Assembly: GCA_000934665.2 (NCBI GenBank)
Contig: KZ538830.1
Coordinates: forward strand, 1-45,379
Origin: Catajapyx aquilonaris
Lineage: Eukaryota
DNA: 45,379 bases
Direction of reading: 5' to 3'
The notes below the pieces were generated by a model that saw only the letters and a program-made list of their open reading frames with translations, did not search any database and was not told the origin of the DNA. Of this stretch, positions 23,601 to 36,314 are shown one piece after another; position 1 is the stretch's first letter; the number at the start of each line of letters is the position of its first letter. The translations under genes were made by a program, and so were the position numbers.

Positions 23601-26600
23601 GAGACCTTGTACTGTATGATGTAAAGAGAAAAATCGCGCGCAATTGTGGCATGGGGTTTGATAAGCAATAGAGATAAATCCACCGGCTGTATTTAAACGC
23701 CTGTGGGCTCGCTATTTAATGTTTCCATATTGCAAAGAAAAAAAAGGAGAAAAAAAGATAATTATAAAGGAAATCTTGTTGCAGTTGATGGGAGAGAAAG
23801 AGTTGAAAAGCAGAATCATTACTTGTTAAATGTTCTTAAATAATATCTTTACAAAAAGTGAGCCCTCAAAAAAGTACCCTTCTGAAGAAGTTTTCAATGA
23901 TATAGGGTTGTTAAATGTTACATAGTTCAATATACTAGTAACAAAAAAAATAGAGCTTGTTCTAGAAAAAAAAAAATGCATATGGAATTTGCTAGGTAAC
24001 TACAATGCATTGTTCTGAATTTGGGGTCGATGCTATAGTCTTCATAGTGAAGAGAGTCCTCCGTCTTTGCCTCTCTCACGGGTACGGAAATGGACCTAAT
24101 AGGAAATTTACCCAAGGAAAAAAAATATAAATAATAATAATAAGCGAGAGAGTGTGAGAGCGAGAGATTTTGAAGAAAAAAAATAATAATATATAAATAC
24201 ATGAATGCAAATGGAGAGGGACAGGAAATAAAACTCTGTGTTAATAGATCTCTCTGTAAATCTGTGGTGTGATTGTACTTTCCTTCTGTTTAAAACAAAT
24301 GCTTAGATGTCACGAGTATGCATTAGTTTTTAAGGAACTTTCTGGGCTGTTACACAATGTATAAAGTGAAAATATTACTATTAGAAAGAAGAAAAAAAAA
24401 ATACTAATAATAATACTAATAATTAATAAATAAACTCGAGCCCGTCAAGTAGCAGCATGTAAAGATCACAAACTATTTCCTTGTGGTTTTTCGAGCGTCT
24501 GAATCTTCGAAACCATGTTAAACACTTCTCATGTTGAAACTTTTTGCAAAATTTTTAATCAGCCCTTTTTCGATCGTTATAATTTTTCTGTTTTTGGGCC
24601 TTGCCACTTTGCCTGCTCTAGAACATTGAAAATATTATAAAAAAAATAAAGACAATTGTTGCCGGCTGTTGAAGTATGCTTCTGACGACTGCCACTGCAT
24701 CTGGCATCGCGGCGCTTATATACAGTTAAAGAATATAATGATGGATGAATATTATTAATATAAACAATTTTGTGTATACTCTATGTAAAAAAAAAAGAGA
24801 AGAAGAAGAAGCGAGTTTGACCTTTGATAAACCTCCTCTGAGAGGAGCTCCCCCCAACTACTAACTGTCACACTTTGCAGTTGTTCGCAAAATATCAAAC
24901 GAGCTCTTATATGTAATAATATTAATAAAGCGCCGCGACGCCAGGCATCGGCAGGTCAACCTCCCCCCCATGAGACGCTTATGGCAGCAGCAAAAACTCA
25001 TCCCCCATCCTAAAATCATTCTCGTGCTGTAATCGCTTCTTCTCACTATAAGCCAACTTTGGCAACCTGAGTTCACCGAGAAAAAAAAAAAGAGCTTCAT
25101 GTAGAAAAAAAACGACAAAAAATATATTATAATATATGAGAGGGGGGAGTAAGAAGCAACAAAAAAAATGTATGTGATCCATACCCAAAAATTGTTGATT
25201 GGGTCTCATACGACTTAATTGGATATGGTCCGGGATGATGTCAAAGTTTCCCCTCAAAAAAAGTACACTCGAAAAAAAAGGGGCAAAAAAAGGAGCAAAC
25301 GAAGAATATATAAATATATACATATAAATATTATATATAATTATATATAAATATATAAATAAAAACATCTACACAGGACACACGACACATACACATACAC
25401 AACACAAGAGAAAGAAAAAAGAGAACGTTCGTCTTTTAGTTGTCAGTGAGTGGAAGGTATAGAGAATCAGGTTGCAATTTGTATGCTTTAAAGGTATGGC
25501 TATTCAGTTATACAATTTTGTTCCCATCCAATGTTAATGGGTATTAATTAATAGTTTTTACAGAATAAATTTTTAAATGTCAGAAGACTTTGTTGAAAAT
25601 AAATGTGTCATTATCATCTTGCCCCCCTCTAAGTCACAGCCCTCCGCCCTTCCTAATTTTTTTTGGGGGGGGGTTTCTGTCTTATCTATAGATCTGACCT
25701 ACTGACGTAATAGATTTATTTATTTATATTTTTAAATAAGAAATTAGTAGGGTAGATTCTCTTAAAATTGCTGTCCAACATTGTCAGTTACTTTTTGGTG
25801 TTGATGTTTCAAAACAAGTTTTAACTACCATTTAGATCAGCTGACAATGGATGAATCCATAGTTTTTGTCTTCCCTTTTCTTTATTTTCTTGTTACAGGT
25901 ATTTTTTTTATAAAAAAAACTGTGCTTTCATGGGTGAAAAAAAAACAGCTTGGCCGCTTTCACTGTTTGGGAAAATTTGTGGAGTGTCTTAAAATGTAAC
26001 ACGTCTTCATCATTTTCGCTGTCGCGGGACATGTGTTTTTTTTTAACTATTATTTATTAATCAAGCCAAGGATCGTCTCTGATCTTGTACTCGTTGTTTT
26101 TTTTATGGGTGCCTAGGACTCTCTTTTCTTATGTCTTCTAGTGTGGATACGAGATGCTGAGAACATGTGCGTATGGGGCTGTAGGTAAGCAATCATTCCG
26201 AGCCCACCAAAGATCAGCTACTTTTTTTTTCTCGCTCTCTGTCTAAACAACTAACCCCCCCTCTTCTTTTATTAAGAAATTAAAAAGAGAGTAGTCCTGC
26301 ATGCTATGTTTACACTCCAGTTTTTGAAAAGTCTAATCGGTGCTGGGAAAAAAACATGCATCATGTCCATTGTTTGTCTTGCTTCAACTCTCCATTATTA
26401 TTATGCTATAGCTGGGGATAGGCATGTGGTGCTTTTTGGATAATAAAATCACAGCCATACCTGTTCATTGTTAATGTGCAACACAAAATTGTAATGATTA
26501 TGACACTTGATTCTCCAAACAAAAACAAAAAAAATAAGGCGTATATTTTTGGTGTATAAGGATGACAAAAAATATATGAGAGAACACGAGAATAAACTGA

Positions 26601-27828
26601 GATTATCCCCTGCAGGTGCTGCCAAACGAAAACGACTTGGATGAATGTTCGCCTTTGAAGGAGAAAAACGGAACCAGCTGATGATGTAGTCTTAATCCTA
26701 TGGACACTTTATTACACTATGAAAAATAGTATCGCACAACCCATGAATCATTATTATCTAGCTCTTTTTTTTGTTGTGGCATTTACAATATATCACAGTG
26801 TTATTTTTTCCCCGCCTCCTTTTTACTAATAAACACATTATTTGAATTCTATACTGGTCCAAACACCTTCATTTTATTTTGTTTCTTTTTTAAAAAGTCT
26901 AGAATGACCATGCGTGCATACGCATGAATACTATAGGACAGTCCAGATGCAGTGTACGTGCATATGACTATGAAAATGAAGGAGAGATTCGTCGCCTTAA
27001 TTTGAATTTCAACAACAAGGTAGGCATGAAATTGTGCCAACCCATTTTTGGTCACGAGTCAAGTACTTACAAGAAAATATGGATCATATCATTACATGAT
27101 CAAATAATATTTACAGGAAAACTTTTCTTCAAGTTGCATACAACTAAATGTTGTTGACCTTTCTTTCCAGTACGACATGCATGTCATTTCTATGCAATTG
27201 AGGTGAAATTATGTCCTTATGCAGTGATCTAAATGACAATGTTAAACACTCACATTTTGCAAGAAGATTAAGTATCCCTCCACCTGCTGCGTCCTAGAGC
27301 AGTTGCGTTGCCAACACAGCGCGTACATTAATGTCCGACACCAGCAGGTCCTGTCCTCTTCACCCTTCCACGCGTGCATACACATCTAATCATATTATCG
27401 TCTTCATTTTAAAGGCAGATTCGTTAAAGATTTATTCACAGCCGTTCTCACTAATTGTCGTGGCGTACCTTAAATATGCAACTTAAGTGTAGTGTATTAG
27501 TATCGCATAATTTCTCTTTCATGCTCACCTCGATCTTGTAAGTGCAACCCGCTCCCTAGTGAACGAAGTGAGTAATAGTAGGCAATTGCACTGAATTTTT
27601 TAACACGTCCTCCCAACGCGTGTTCGCGTGTGGATAATAATTACTGTCTATTCATCGTAACTGTTTTTGCGATATCATTTACATGCCTTGTCATGTCATT
27701 GAAACCTGAGCTTTGCAATCTGCCAGTGCAGTTTTTATACATTGCACTTGTACTGAGTAAAGGGTCAGATAATTGAAAGTGTCGAAATAGCTTGAGAATA
27801 CTTTAAGTGAATTATTACAAATCTTTCA

Positions 27829-29518
27829 TTACGAAATGACCTTGACGTCTGATGTTGCACTGATCTTCTGAGCTGCATTAGTGACGCGGCCACTCTGTGG
27901 AAAAAAAATTAATGTTGTCACCATAATTTTAGGGTTTCACACATTCACGGCGAAATTAAATTAGACTAATGAAGATTTGGCGAAAATTGTTTTCGGCTAG
28001 CTTCTCATTTACACGAATATTATCGTGGTATAATTTACCTTCATTTCGAATACGGTGAAACAGGCCATCCTTTCTCCGAAAGCTACAACGTGTTTCCATA
28101 AATTAAACTGCAAAGAAATAGCCTCATTACAACATGAAATATAATTATGCTCATATCGTTTAAGAGCAAATGTATGATTGCAATATTTTTTTGAAGTAGT
28201 CTAACATGCAACATACCTTCTCCTTTTCTGTTACATAAGTGTCAGTGTAGTAGTTGAAGAAAAGTGCGAAAATCATAGGCGCCCAAACCAGAGTCCAGAA
28301 TTGGGGAAACCAAGGGTAATCACACTCGATGAAAAACAGCTGACCTTGATGCACACCGATTATGACAAACTGGACCTTAATGTGAGATAAATATTTCAGA
28401 AAGAATTAGAACACGTTGAATTTTATTTTTATTTTAAATAATAAATGCGTACCATCTGGATTGTGGTCAAATATTTCTTCCACCACAGGTACTTATGGTA
28501 GCCCAGTCCGGCCAGGAGGTAATAAGAGTACATGAGCACGTGCACAAACGAGTTGCAGAGACACAGGAATGTCGAGTGTCCACCTGCAATAATTAAGAGT
28601 GCCAATTAATCGTTGAAATATAGACGCTATGAAATTGAAACATACCTGCAGCGAACTTGATATTGTACCAGCATATAAATGGCATGAGTATGTGGTGAAA
28701 CATGTGAAGGAATGTGATTTGCTCGTATTTCTTTCTCAGCGCGAAGAACACCTGTAAGAAAGTATGACCTTGAAGACAAATTAAAACTCGGCAACATATA
28801 CAAGGTGTTTCATAAAGGACAGTGAGAACACTATTATTGAATTTCATACCGTGTCTAACCAGTCGGCCAGCTTTGAAAGGTAGAACAGCCAAAATACATG
28901 GACCATCTGTAATGCAATCAATTGTTAATATTACTAGGTACATTATTGTAGGTTCAGTACACTGTGTCACCGTCATGGCCTCTTTGCTTCTGGAGTAGTC
29001 TACGGGCTGGCATGTAAAACTGTACGTTCTGAACCACCCTCCTTTGATTGCCTGAAATATCAGATTAATTAGCACGAATCTTCATCCTTCATTATAGTGA
29101 ATGCAAACTCACCAAGATGACAATGTATGTGTTGATTACAACCTGAAGCGTGTTGTACACTGCGAGAGTCTTTTGCAGCTTCATTTCTGGACGACCTGTC
29201 ATGATTTTGGGCAGCAAACCGCAGACTATGAAGAAGTACACTAATGGTGCAATTGCCATTACAAAAGGATGGCTGGTCATGAACGGAAGCTCCATCACTC
29301 TAGGGTCTGTAAATAAGACGTGTGAGTGTTAAAACATGTGCAATATTAATTTAATTAAAACATTGAATTTAGAAGTCATCATTTTGTTTGTGTTTTAAAT
29401 TTCACTTTATAAATCAAGCGACATTACCTTCACCTTCCAAAACTAGATAGTTGTAAAGTCTCATGGTGAATGTCCACCAATGGACATTGTTTCCTTCCGC
29501 AGTTGAATTGTAATCCAT
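27829..29518 (-). CDS. ELOVL: Very-long-chain fatty acid elongase, ELOVL1/7-like, copy A (~317 aa, 9 coding exons)
   Basis: Exons 29518-29428, 29306-29113, 29051-28971, 28906-28850, 28751-28646, 28583-28453, 28375-28217, 28107-28039, 27894-27829; all GT-AG and frame-consistent. Motifs [55 protein letters not shown]. Confidence 0.93.
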
Positions 29519-30494
29519 GATCTTCTTTCCTTAGAGATCAGCTGACACTTTCACAGGGCTGCAGTGCACTACACAAATGAACACGACTCTTCTTGCCATC
29601 AGAATATTGAAGTGTGTGCCGTCCCCATTTTGATTTTGCAGCAATAATGACTCAAATGCAATGTATCATTGCTGTAATCGTACAAATTTCAAGGTCTTTT
29701 TTTCACAATTATTTTGTAAGCATATCAAAAATGTGACGTTTAAGTTTCAGAATTGATATGAAAAAAGTGCTATTTCATTCAAGATGAGGTATATAGATGA
29801 TGGCGAAAGGAAATAATTTTCAAGTTGAAAAAAAATGCGCAGGGTGTGTACTGACTATGTAGCAGAATATGTGATCCCAGCATAAGTGGATTACTTTGCA
29901 TGGAAGTCATTTAAATCTGAATTTGCATTTGATGATGATGATCGGTATTCCAAATGTTATTGTAATCCAAGGGTCATACTGGCTACTCTATCTGTTTTTA
30001 CGAAATGCATTAATTCATCCCTGTCTGTGTGATGTTAATACTCATATTAGATATTACAATCCCATGGTCACTTTTTATACCTACCATATACGTATATTTG
30101 GAAAAAATTATGGAGGACGAATGCAGCCGGAGAAAAATTAACATCATATTTTATTTACTTCATTATCACCTTGCAATGATCATGGTCATGGTCGATCAGT
30201 ATAGATTGAACGATGGAAATGTTGGTATAATGTCATATTTATTATAGGCCTATACACTATCCGTACTACAGCATGGCTTTTCGGCTTCTGTGTATGTTTT
30301 CGGTGCATGTTATACCATTTGATGATGATTGATGAATGAACATGTGCGTAAGTTATTATTGATAGTGTCACCAAAGAGGTGTCGTTTTGAGCACCACCAG
30401 AACTGTAATTATAGGAAGGGAATTAGGAAGCGCAAATGAAAAAGGAACGAACGATTTCAAATGGTAGACATATTATTACATAAATTTATTTGTG

Positions 30495-32626
30495 TCACAA
30501 GTTTCTCTGAGATTTTGATACGTCATTCGTGTCGTCACCGATCCCGTCGTCGTAATTGTCCTTCTGTAAGGAGGTCAATGGCGAGTTCAGGTTACATGTC
30601 AAACATTTTGCACCATCACACATTAGAATTTCTTAAACCATGACTCACCTGCTGAATTGCTCCTACTGGGAAGCAAGAGTACTTGTCTACGTATGAAGAC
30701 AGGCTGTGCAGGTCCTGTAAACACATAGGGTCATAGCCTATAGTAACTCGTTGTATATTTTTTTATTTTACAGACGAATGAAACTTGAAATGTGTTTTGA
30801 CTTCACTATGCCAGCTAGGCCGAAAACTATTTTCGATTTACGCATACTCTGAAGATATTTTGCAAATAATAGTTGCACTTATGCATACATGCTCTTCACT
30901 GTGAATGTGTTTGTAACAAGGTGCTAAAATATAATTTTCAAAAATATTGCTGTAAAAACTCGAAATTCGAGTACTACCAGCCAACTGTTAGGCTGCATTA
31001 ATTTTGAAATACATTAAAACACACGGAATATCAACCTTGAGAATAAGGCCAGATTGATTTGCTGAAATAGAGTTGTACTTGGCGAGAAATAAATAAATTT
31101 GGGAGTTTTCCAAAGTGACAGCAAGCCGCAGATACGATTTAATTATATTGCTAATTTCCACATCGGAGTATGCGTAGCCTATAATCGAAAATCTATTGGC
31201 GTTTTCAGCCTGTCGGGTATATAGCGAAAGGGTTAATGGCGACACATACCTTGGTGCGTGACCTTCCGTACGACTGGAGGTAAAAATTTAGGAAGAAAAT
31301 GAATATGATAGGTCCCCAAACTAGAGTCCAAAATTTGGGGAACCAAGGATAATCGCACTCGATGAAAAGAAGCTGACCTTGGTGCATCGACAGCAAGGTG
31401 AGCTGGACCTTTTTATTAAATAATGAAAGTAATCAAATTAAATATAATGATTGCAGGGTCCTTTACCAAGTGCCAGTTTCAATCGTATTAGCCATATTTC
31501 GCTCTCAGGAGCTCTCAACTAATTCATTAGATCTTTCCACATATGAGTTTTCCGAGCGATTTCTGATGTGATTATTGGCCTCACCATCTGAACTGTGGTC
31601 AGGTACTTCTTCCACCAGAGGTACTTGTGGTATCCCAGGCCAGCCAGGAGGTAATACGAGTACATCAGCACGTGCACAAACGAGTTCAAAAGGCACAAGA
31701 ATGTGGAGTGTCCACCTGAGATGTGCAGCGATTATTTGGCTAGAATATTACTTTAAAAATTAATAAGCCTCATACCTGCAACAAATTTCATTCCGTACCA
31801 CACACCAAAAGGCATGCCTGCATGGTGCATCACGTGAAGAAAAGTGATCTGGTCGTACTTTTTCCTAAGCGCGAAGAACACCTGTGAAATAGACAAGGTA
31901 TTTTCAGTGATAGCGTCATGAGCAATGATTACTTGAGCATTGTTGTGTTCCTTACAGTGTCGCACCAGTCGATCATCTTGGAAATGTAGAACAGCCAGCA
32001 AGCTTGAACCATCTGCAATAGAAACACTTTGTTATTCTGAGAAGTTTGCAAGCAATTAGTAACTAACCGCCATGGCCTGTGGACTTCTGGAGTAGTCCAC
32101 TGGCTGGCAAATGAAGCTGTAGGAAGTGAACCAGCCTCCCTTGATGCACTAAATGGAATCAAAGCATAGAGAAATATTTTTTAACAAAATAATATCATGC
32201 ACTACGTCACTAACCAAAGTGATTATCCAGGCGTTGACTATCACTTGAAAGGCATTATACACGGTCAGTACATTAGTGAGCTTCATTGGTGGTCTATCCA
32301 TCATTAATCTCGGAAGTACAAAGCATACTAGAAATCGGTATCCGAAGCTGGCTGCCACAAGCGTGTACATGTGACCAGTCAATGGCAGCTCCATCACTCG
32401 AGGATCTGAAATTATGTGAGAGCGTACTAATTATTATACATAATGCAAAAAAACACATTTTTCCCAGTTTAGTCTGGGTCAGCAAAAAGTCGTACGTATG
32501 AAATGAGAGATATAAATCGTCCCAGTATACAGTACCTTCGTCTTTAAAAAACACTTGGTCGTACTTGTACTTGACAAATGTCACCAGACCAACGTCACTT
32601 CCTCTCAGCGTCGAGTTTTCCGTCAT
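30495..32626 (-). CDS. ELOVL: ELOVL1/7-like elongase, copy B (~316 aa, 9 coding exons)
   Basis: Exons 32626-32536, 32405-32215, 32148-32068, 32012-31956, 31881-31776, 31715-31585, 31408-31250, 30714-30649, 30563-30495. Motifs [34 protein letters not shown] (minus strand, 30485-30490) just after the stop. Confidence 0.93.
30801..31236. mobile_element. piggyBac-type non-autonomous element in intron 7 of ELOVL copy B
   Basis: Right end gttttcagcctgtcgggtatatagcgaaaggg+TTAA (31233-31236). Degenerate left end cttcactatgccagctaggccgaaaac. Absent from the paralogous introns. Confidence 0.6.
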
Positions 32627-33086
32627 CTGATGACCTGTGATTATTATTGGCGAGAGGCTCATAGTAATGCTTGAGTGTTCTGGCACAATTTTATGGGGAA
32701 TAAGAATTTCCACTCGAATAGCAAAATAATAACACCCTACTTTTTCCCTAGAATTTAACCTTGTGTAGATCCCACACCCCTTTTAATGTTTGCGCTTGAG
32801 GTTTCTGAAAAACAGTCAAACACTGGCGCAATTGCGTGATAACTAGCTCGTGTTTCATAAGGGCAATTCCTGCTTTTGGTGAAGATATTTTTAATATATT
32901 TTTATTATATTTTTTTTAATAGAGGGAAAAGGTCTGTTTGCGTCAGTGCAGCAAACAACGTTAAAATATTTACTCAAATAGGAGTTAAAAGTACAAAAAA
33001 AATAGTCTGAAGGTGACGGAGAAAATGCGATAAACATTTGTACGTGAATAATTATTTTCGTGTCCATACTAATCAAGTAGACAGAA

Positions 33087-33190
33087 TGACTGGTGACCAA
33101 ACCAGTGTCCAAAATTTGGGGAACCAACGGATAATCGGACTCGATGAAAAGAAGCTGACCCTGATGAACAGCCAGCAAGGTGAACTGGAC
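33087..33190 (-). pseudogene. ELOVL exon 7 fragment
   Basis: VQFTLLAVHQGQLLFIESDYP, then a +1 frameshift relative to copies B/C. Acceptor AG lost; 3' half of the exon missing. Confidence 0.85.
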
Positions 33191-33560
33191 ATTTTTTATG
33201 CAAATTTAATGCAATTGCGTTATAGCCTACTGTATAATAATCTGTACTGCCTACGGTAAAAATGCTCGTGTGCGATTGTATTTATCAAGGATTTGATCAA
33301 CTGCATAATTTTTTTTCGCAAATAGCTATAAAAGCAGTTAGTTTTTCTCATGAAGATCAAATCGATTTGCATTGTTATTGTTATAAATAGAGCATGGATT
33401 ACACATTCACAAATTTAGTAATTGCCGCTTCCGCTTAAAACACGGGTTCCGGAAGTAACACATTTTTTTTTAAACTGATAAAACTTCACTTTTAATGTGC
33501 TTTGTACTGTACTTTGATTTTTTTTTTCTAACTCAATCATTCATACCTCATCAGGTTGAG

Positions 33561-33863
33561 GTATATTTTACAGACGAATGGAACTTGAAATGTGTTTTCG
33601 CTGCTTTTAATTACGACATACCTTTGTCCGTGACCTTCCGTGAGAGCGTATACTAATTACTAAATTACATAATGCAAAAAAAAAAACCTTTCCCAGTATT
33701 GTCTGGGTCAGCAAAACGTAATGATGCATATAAAATGAGATTTTTTTTAAAAAAAATCATCCCACTCTCACGTACAGCTAAAAAAAAACTCTTGGTCGTA
33801 CTTGTACTTGACCAATGTCACCAGACCAACGTCACTTCCTGTCACCGTTGTGTTTTCCGTCAT
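33561..33863 (-). pseudogene. Internally deleted ELOVL copy (exon 1 + intron 1 fused to the end of exon 7 + part of intron 7)
   Basis: ATG at 33863: MTENTTVTGSDVGLVTLVKYKYDQE with the donor deleted. An intron-1-like sequence joins at ~33641 directly to GRSRTK|gtatgt (exon 7 end of copy B). 33561-33600 matches intron 7 of copy B. Confidence 0.85.
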
Positions 33864-34574
33864 CGGGCCTGTGATCATTATATTGGCGAGAGACCCATAG
33901 CAAAGTAACACAGTCAACTGCTCTTCTGAGCATACAACCTTAAGTATGAATTCACATCCCCTCTATATTGACAGAAAAAAATGTTGGTGTTGAGTTTACT
34001 GAAATGACGATCAAATTCTGACGAAATGCGTTACATCTCTCATATTTCGTCAATGTTGCTGCGTTTCTTGAAGATCTTTTTAACCGAATAAGGGGAAATA
34101 AAGTGTACTGGTTGAGTAATTACAGCATGGAACGAGGGATTATTTTTGCTCTCTGAGGAGTTAATAGTACTGTACAAAAAAAAAGTGCAGAGTGCATGTA
34201 AAAAAAACTGTAGTCTCAAGGTGACTGAGAAAAGACGATCACTTTGTACATTAATAATTATTTTCGTATCCATACTAATCAAGTACACTTTGTGGGAATA
34301 TGAACAATGATTAAGATTTATGACGTGGCAAATTGCTAGTGGAAGTTTAGGAAGACCCTGTTTTGGAAGACATTATGCACCATAGTATCGTGATGGAGCA
34401 TTTATATAATATCGTGAATGAGCTACGTTTTGGTCTTATCTCAACTTCAATGAGTTTCTTTAAATAAATCCTGACTGGCTTTGTTGAGCAGTTAGAAAGG
34501 TAATAGGAAATCTCAATTGAAAAGGGAACAGGAAGGATTTCAACTATTTAATTGTAGTAGACTATTAATAGCAC

Positions 34575-36157
34575 TTATTTATTTGTGTCCAAGTTGTTAT
34601 GAAATTTCGATACGTCATTCATGTTGTCATCGGTCCCGTCGTCGCAATAATTGTCCTTCTGTAATGAGACAAATGGCGAATTCTGGTTACATCGCAAACA
34701 TTTTGCAGCACTCATTTTGTGAAAGCATGACTCACCTGCTGAACTGCTCCTACTGGGAAGCAAGTGTACTTGTCCACGTATGAATTCAGGCTGGGCATGA
34801 CCTGTAAAGACAGACAGTAACTCATTGTATACTTCATGTATGACTCTGGAATGTGCTTTGATGGCTTTTATTGCTGGCGACATACCTTGGTTGGTGACTT
34901 TTTGTATGACTGCAGGTAGAAATTTAAGAAGAAGATGAATGTGATGGGCGACCAAATCAGCGTCCATAATTGAGGGAACAATGGATAATCGCACTCGATG
35001 AAAAGAAGCTGACCCTGATGAACAGCCAGCAAGGCGAACTGGACCTTTTCATTTTAAAAAATTAAAACAAAGGAATTGAATGAGATGTTGGATGTAGCCT
35101 GACATGATATGCTGTCTCACCATCTGGACTGTGGTCAGGTACTTCTTCCACCAGAGGTACTTGTGGTATCCCAGGCCAGCCAGGAGGTAATACGAGTACA
35201 TGAGCACGTGCACAAACGAGTTCAAAAGGCAGAGGAATGACGTGTGTCCACCTGAAATGAGGCGGTACTTATTATGCTGCCAAATATTTGCGTGCGAAAA
35301 GCAAGCTACTCACCTCCAAAAAATTTCAGTGCGTACAACATGCAAAAAGGCATGCCGAAATGGTGACCTACGTGAAGGACGGTGATCTGGTCGTACTTTT
35401 TCCTCAAAGCAAAAAACACCTGCAAGTATAAAGTACAGGAGAGTGTCATCTATAAGAATATTTTGGATGTAACTGCTGGATTCATTACCGTGTCTAGCCA
35501 ATCAATCAGCTTGGAGATGTAGAACCACCAAAAAGCTTGCACCATCTGAAAACGACGAGTGAAGAGTCTGAGTAAATGGCTAGCAACCCTTCAGTGGCAA
35601 TAAACTTTGCTTACTAACCATCATGGCCTGTGGACTTCTGGAGTAGTCCACTGGCTGGCAAATGAAGCTGTAGGAAGTGAACCAGCCTCCCTTGATGCAC
35701 TGTACATGGGGACAACATTGAGAGATTTAATTTATCACAAATTGAGCAATTACATTTACTAACCATAGTTATTATGAAGGCGTTGGTGATCACTTGGAAG
35801 GCATTATACACTGTCACTACATTTTTAAGCTTCATTGGTGGTCGACCCACCATTAGTCTCGGAAGTATGAAACACACTAGAAAGACGTATCCGACTGACG
35901 CAACAGAAAGGGTGAACATGGAACCAGTCAATGGAAGCTCCATCGCTCGAGGATCTGAAATAAAGTGACTAAAGTACTTAATGTACATAATGGTAAAAAT
36001 GTTCCTATCGTAATGTGTGTCAGAAAATATCACAATATGTATAAATTTCGACACTCTGTACAGTACCTTCATCTTTAAAAAATGCGTAGTCGAACTTGTA
36101 CTTGACAAATGTCACCAGATCCACGTCACTTCCTGTCAGAGTTGTGTTTTCCGCCAT
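34575..36157 (-). CDS. ELOVL: ELOVL1/7-like elongase, copy C (~321 aa, 9 coding exons)
   Basis: Exons 36157-36067, 35954-35764, 35699-35619, 35545-35489, 35419-35314, 35251-35121, 35044-34886, 34801-34736, 34658-34575. Motifs [38 protein letters not shown]. Confidence 0.93.
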
Positions 36158-36307
36158 CTGACCTGCGATCATTGTTGGTGAGAGGCTGGGTGTTCTGGCA
36201 CAATTTTATGAGGACGCTATTCCACTCGAATGTGAAAGCAATATATTGCAAGTAACACACTCAACTTTTCCCGAGCATTTAACCTTGTGTAGATCCCACC
36301 CAACCTC

Positions 36308-36314
36308 TTTTATA
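36308..36314 (-). promoter_or_regulatory. Candidate TATA box of ELOVL copy C
   Basis: TATAAAA on the minus strand ~150 nt upstream of the ATG, inside the upstream block shared by the paralogs. Confidence 0.4.

Noticed and set aside
28593..29075. ORF-track ELOVL translations taken as single-exon or frameshifted genes
   Set aside because: They read through short introns; the spliced models are intact.
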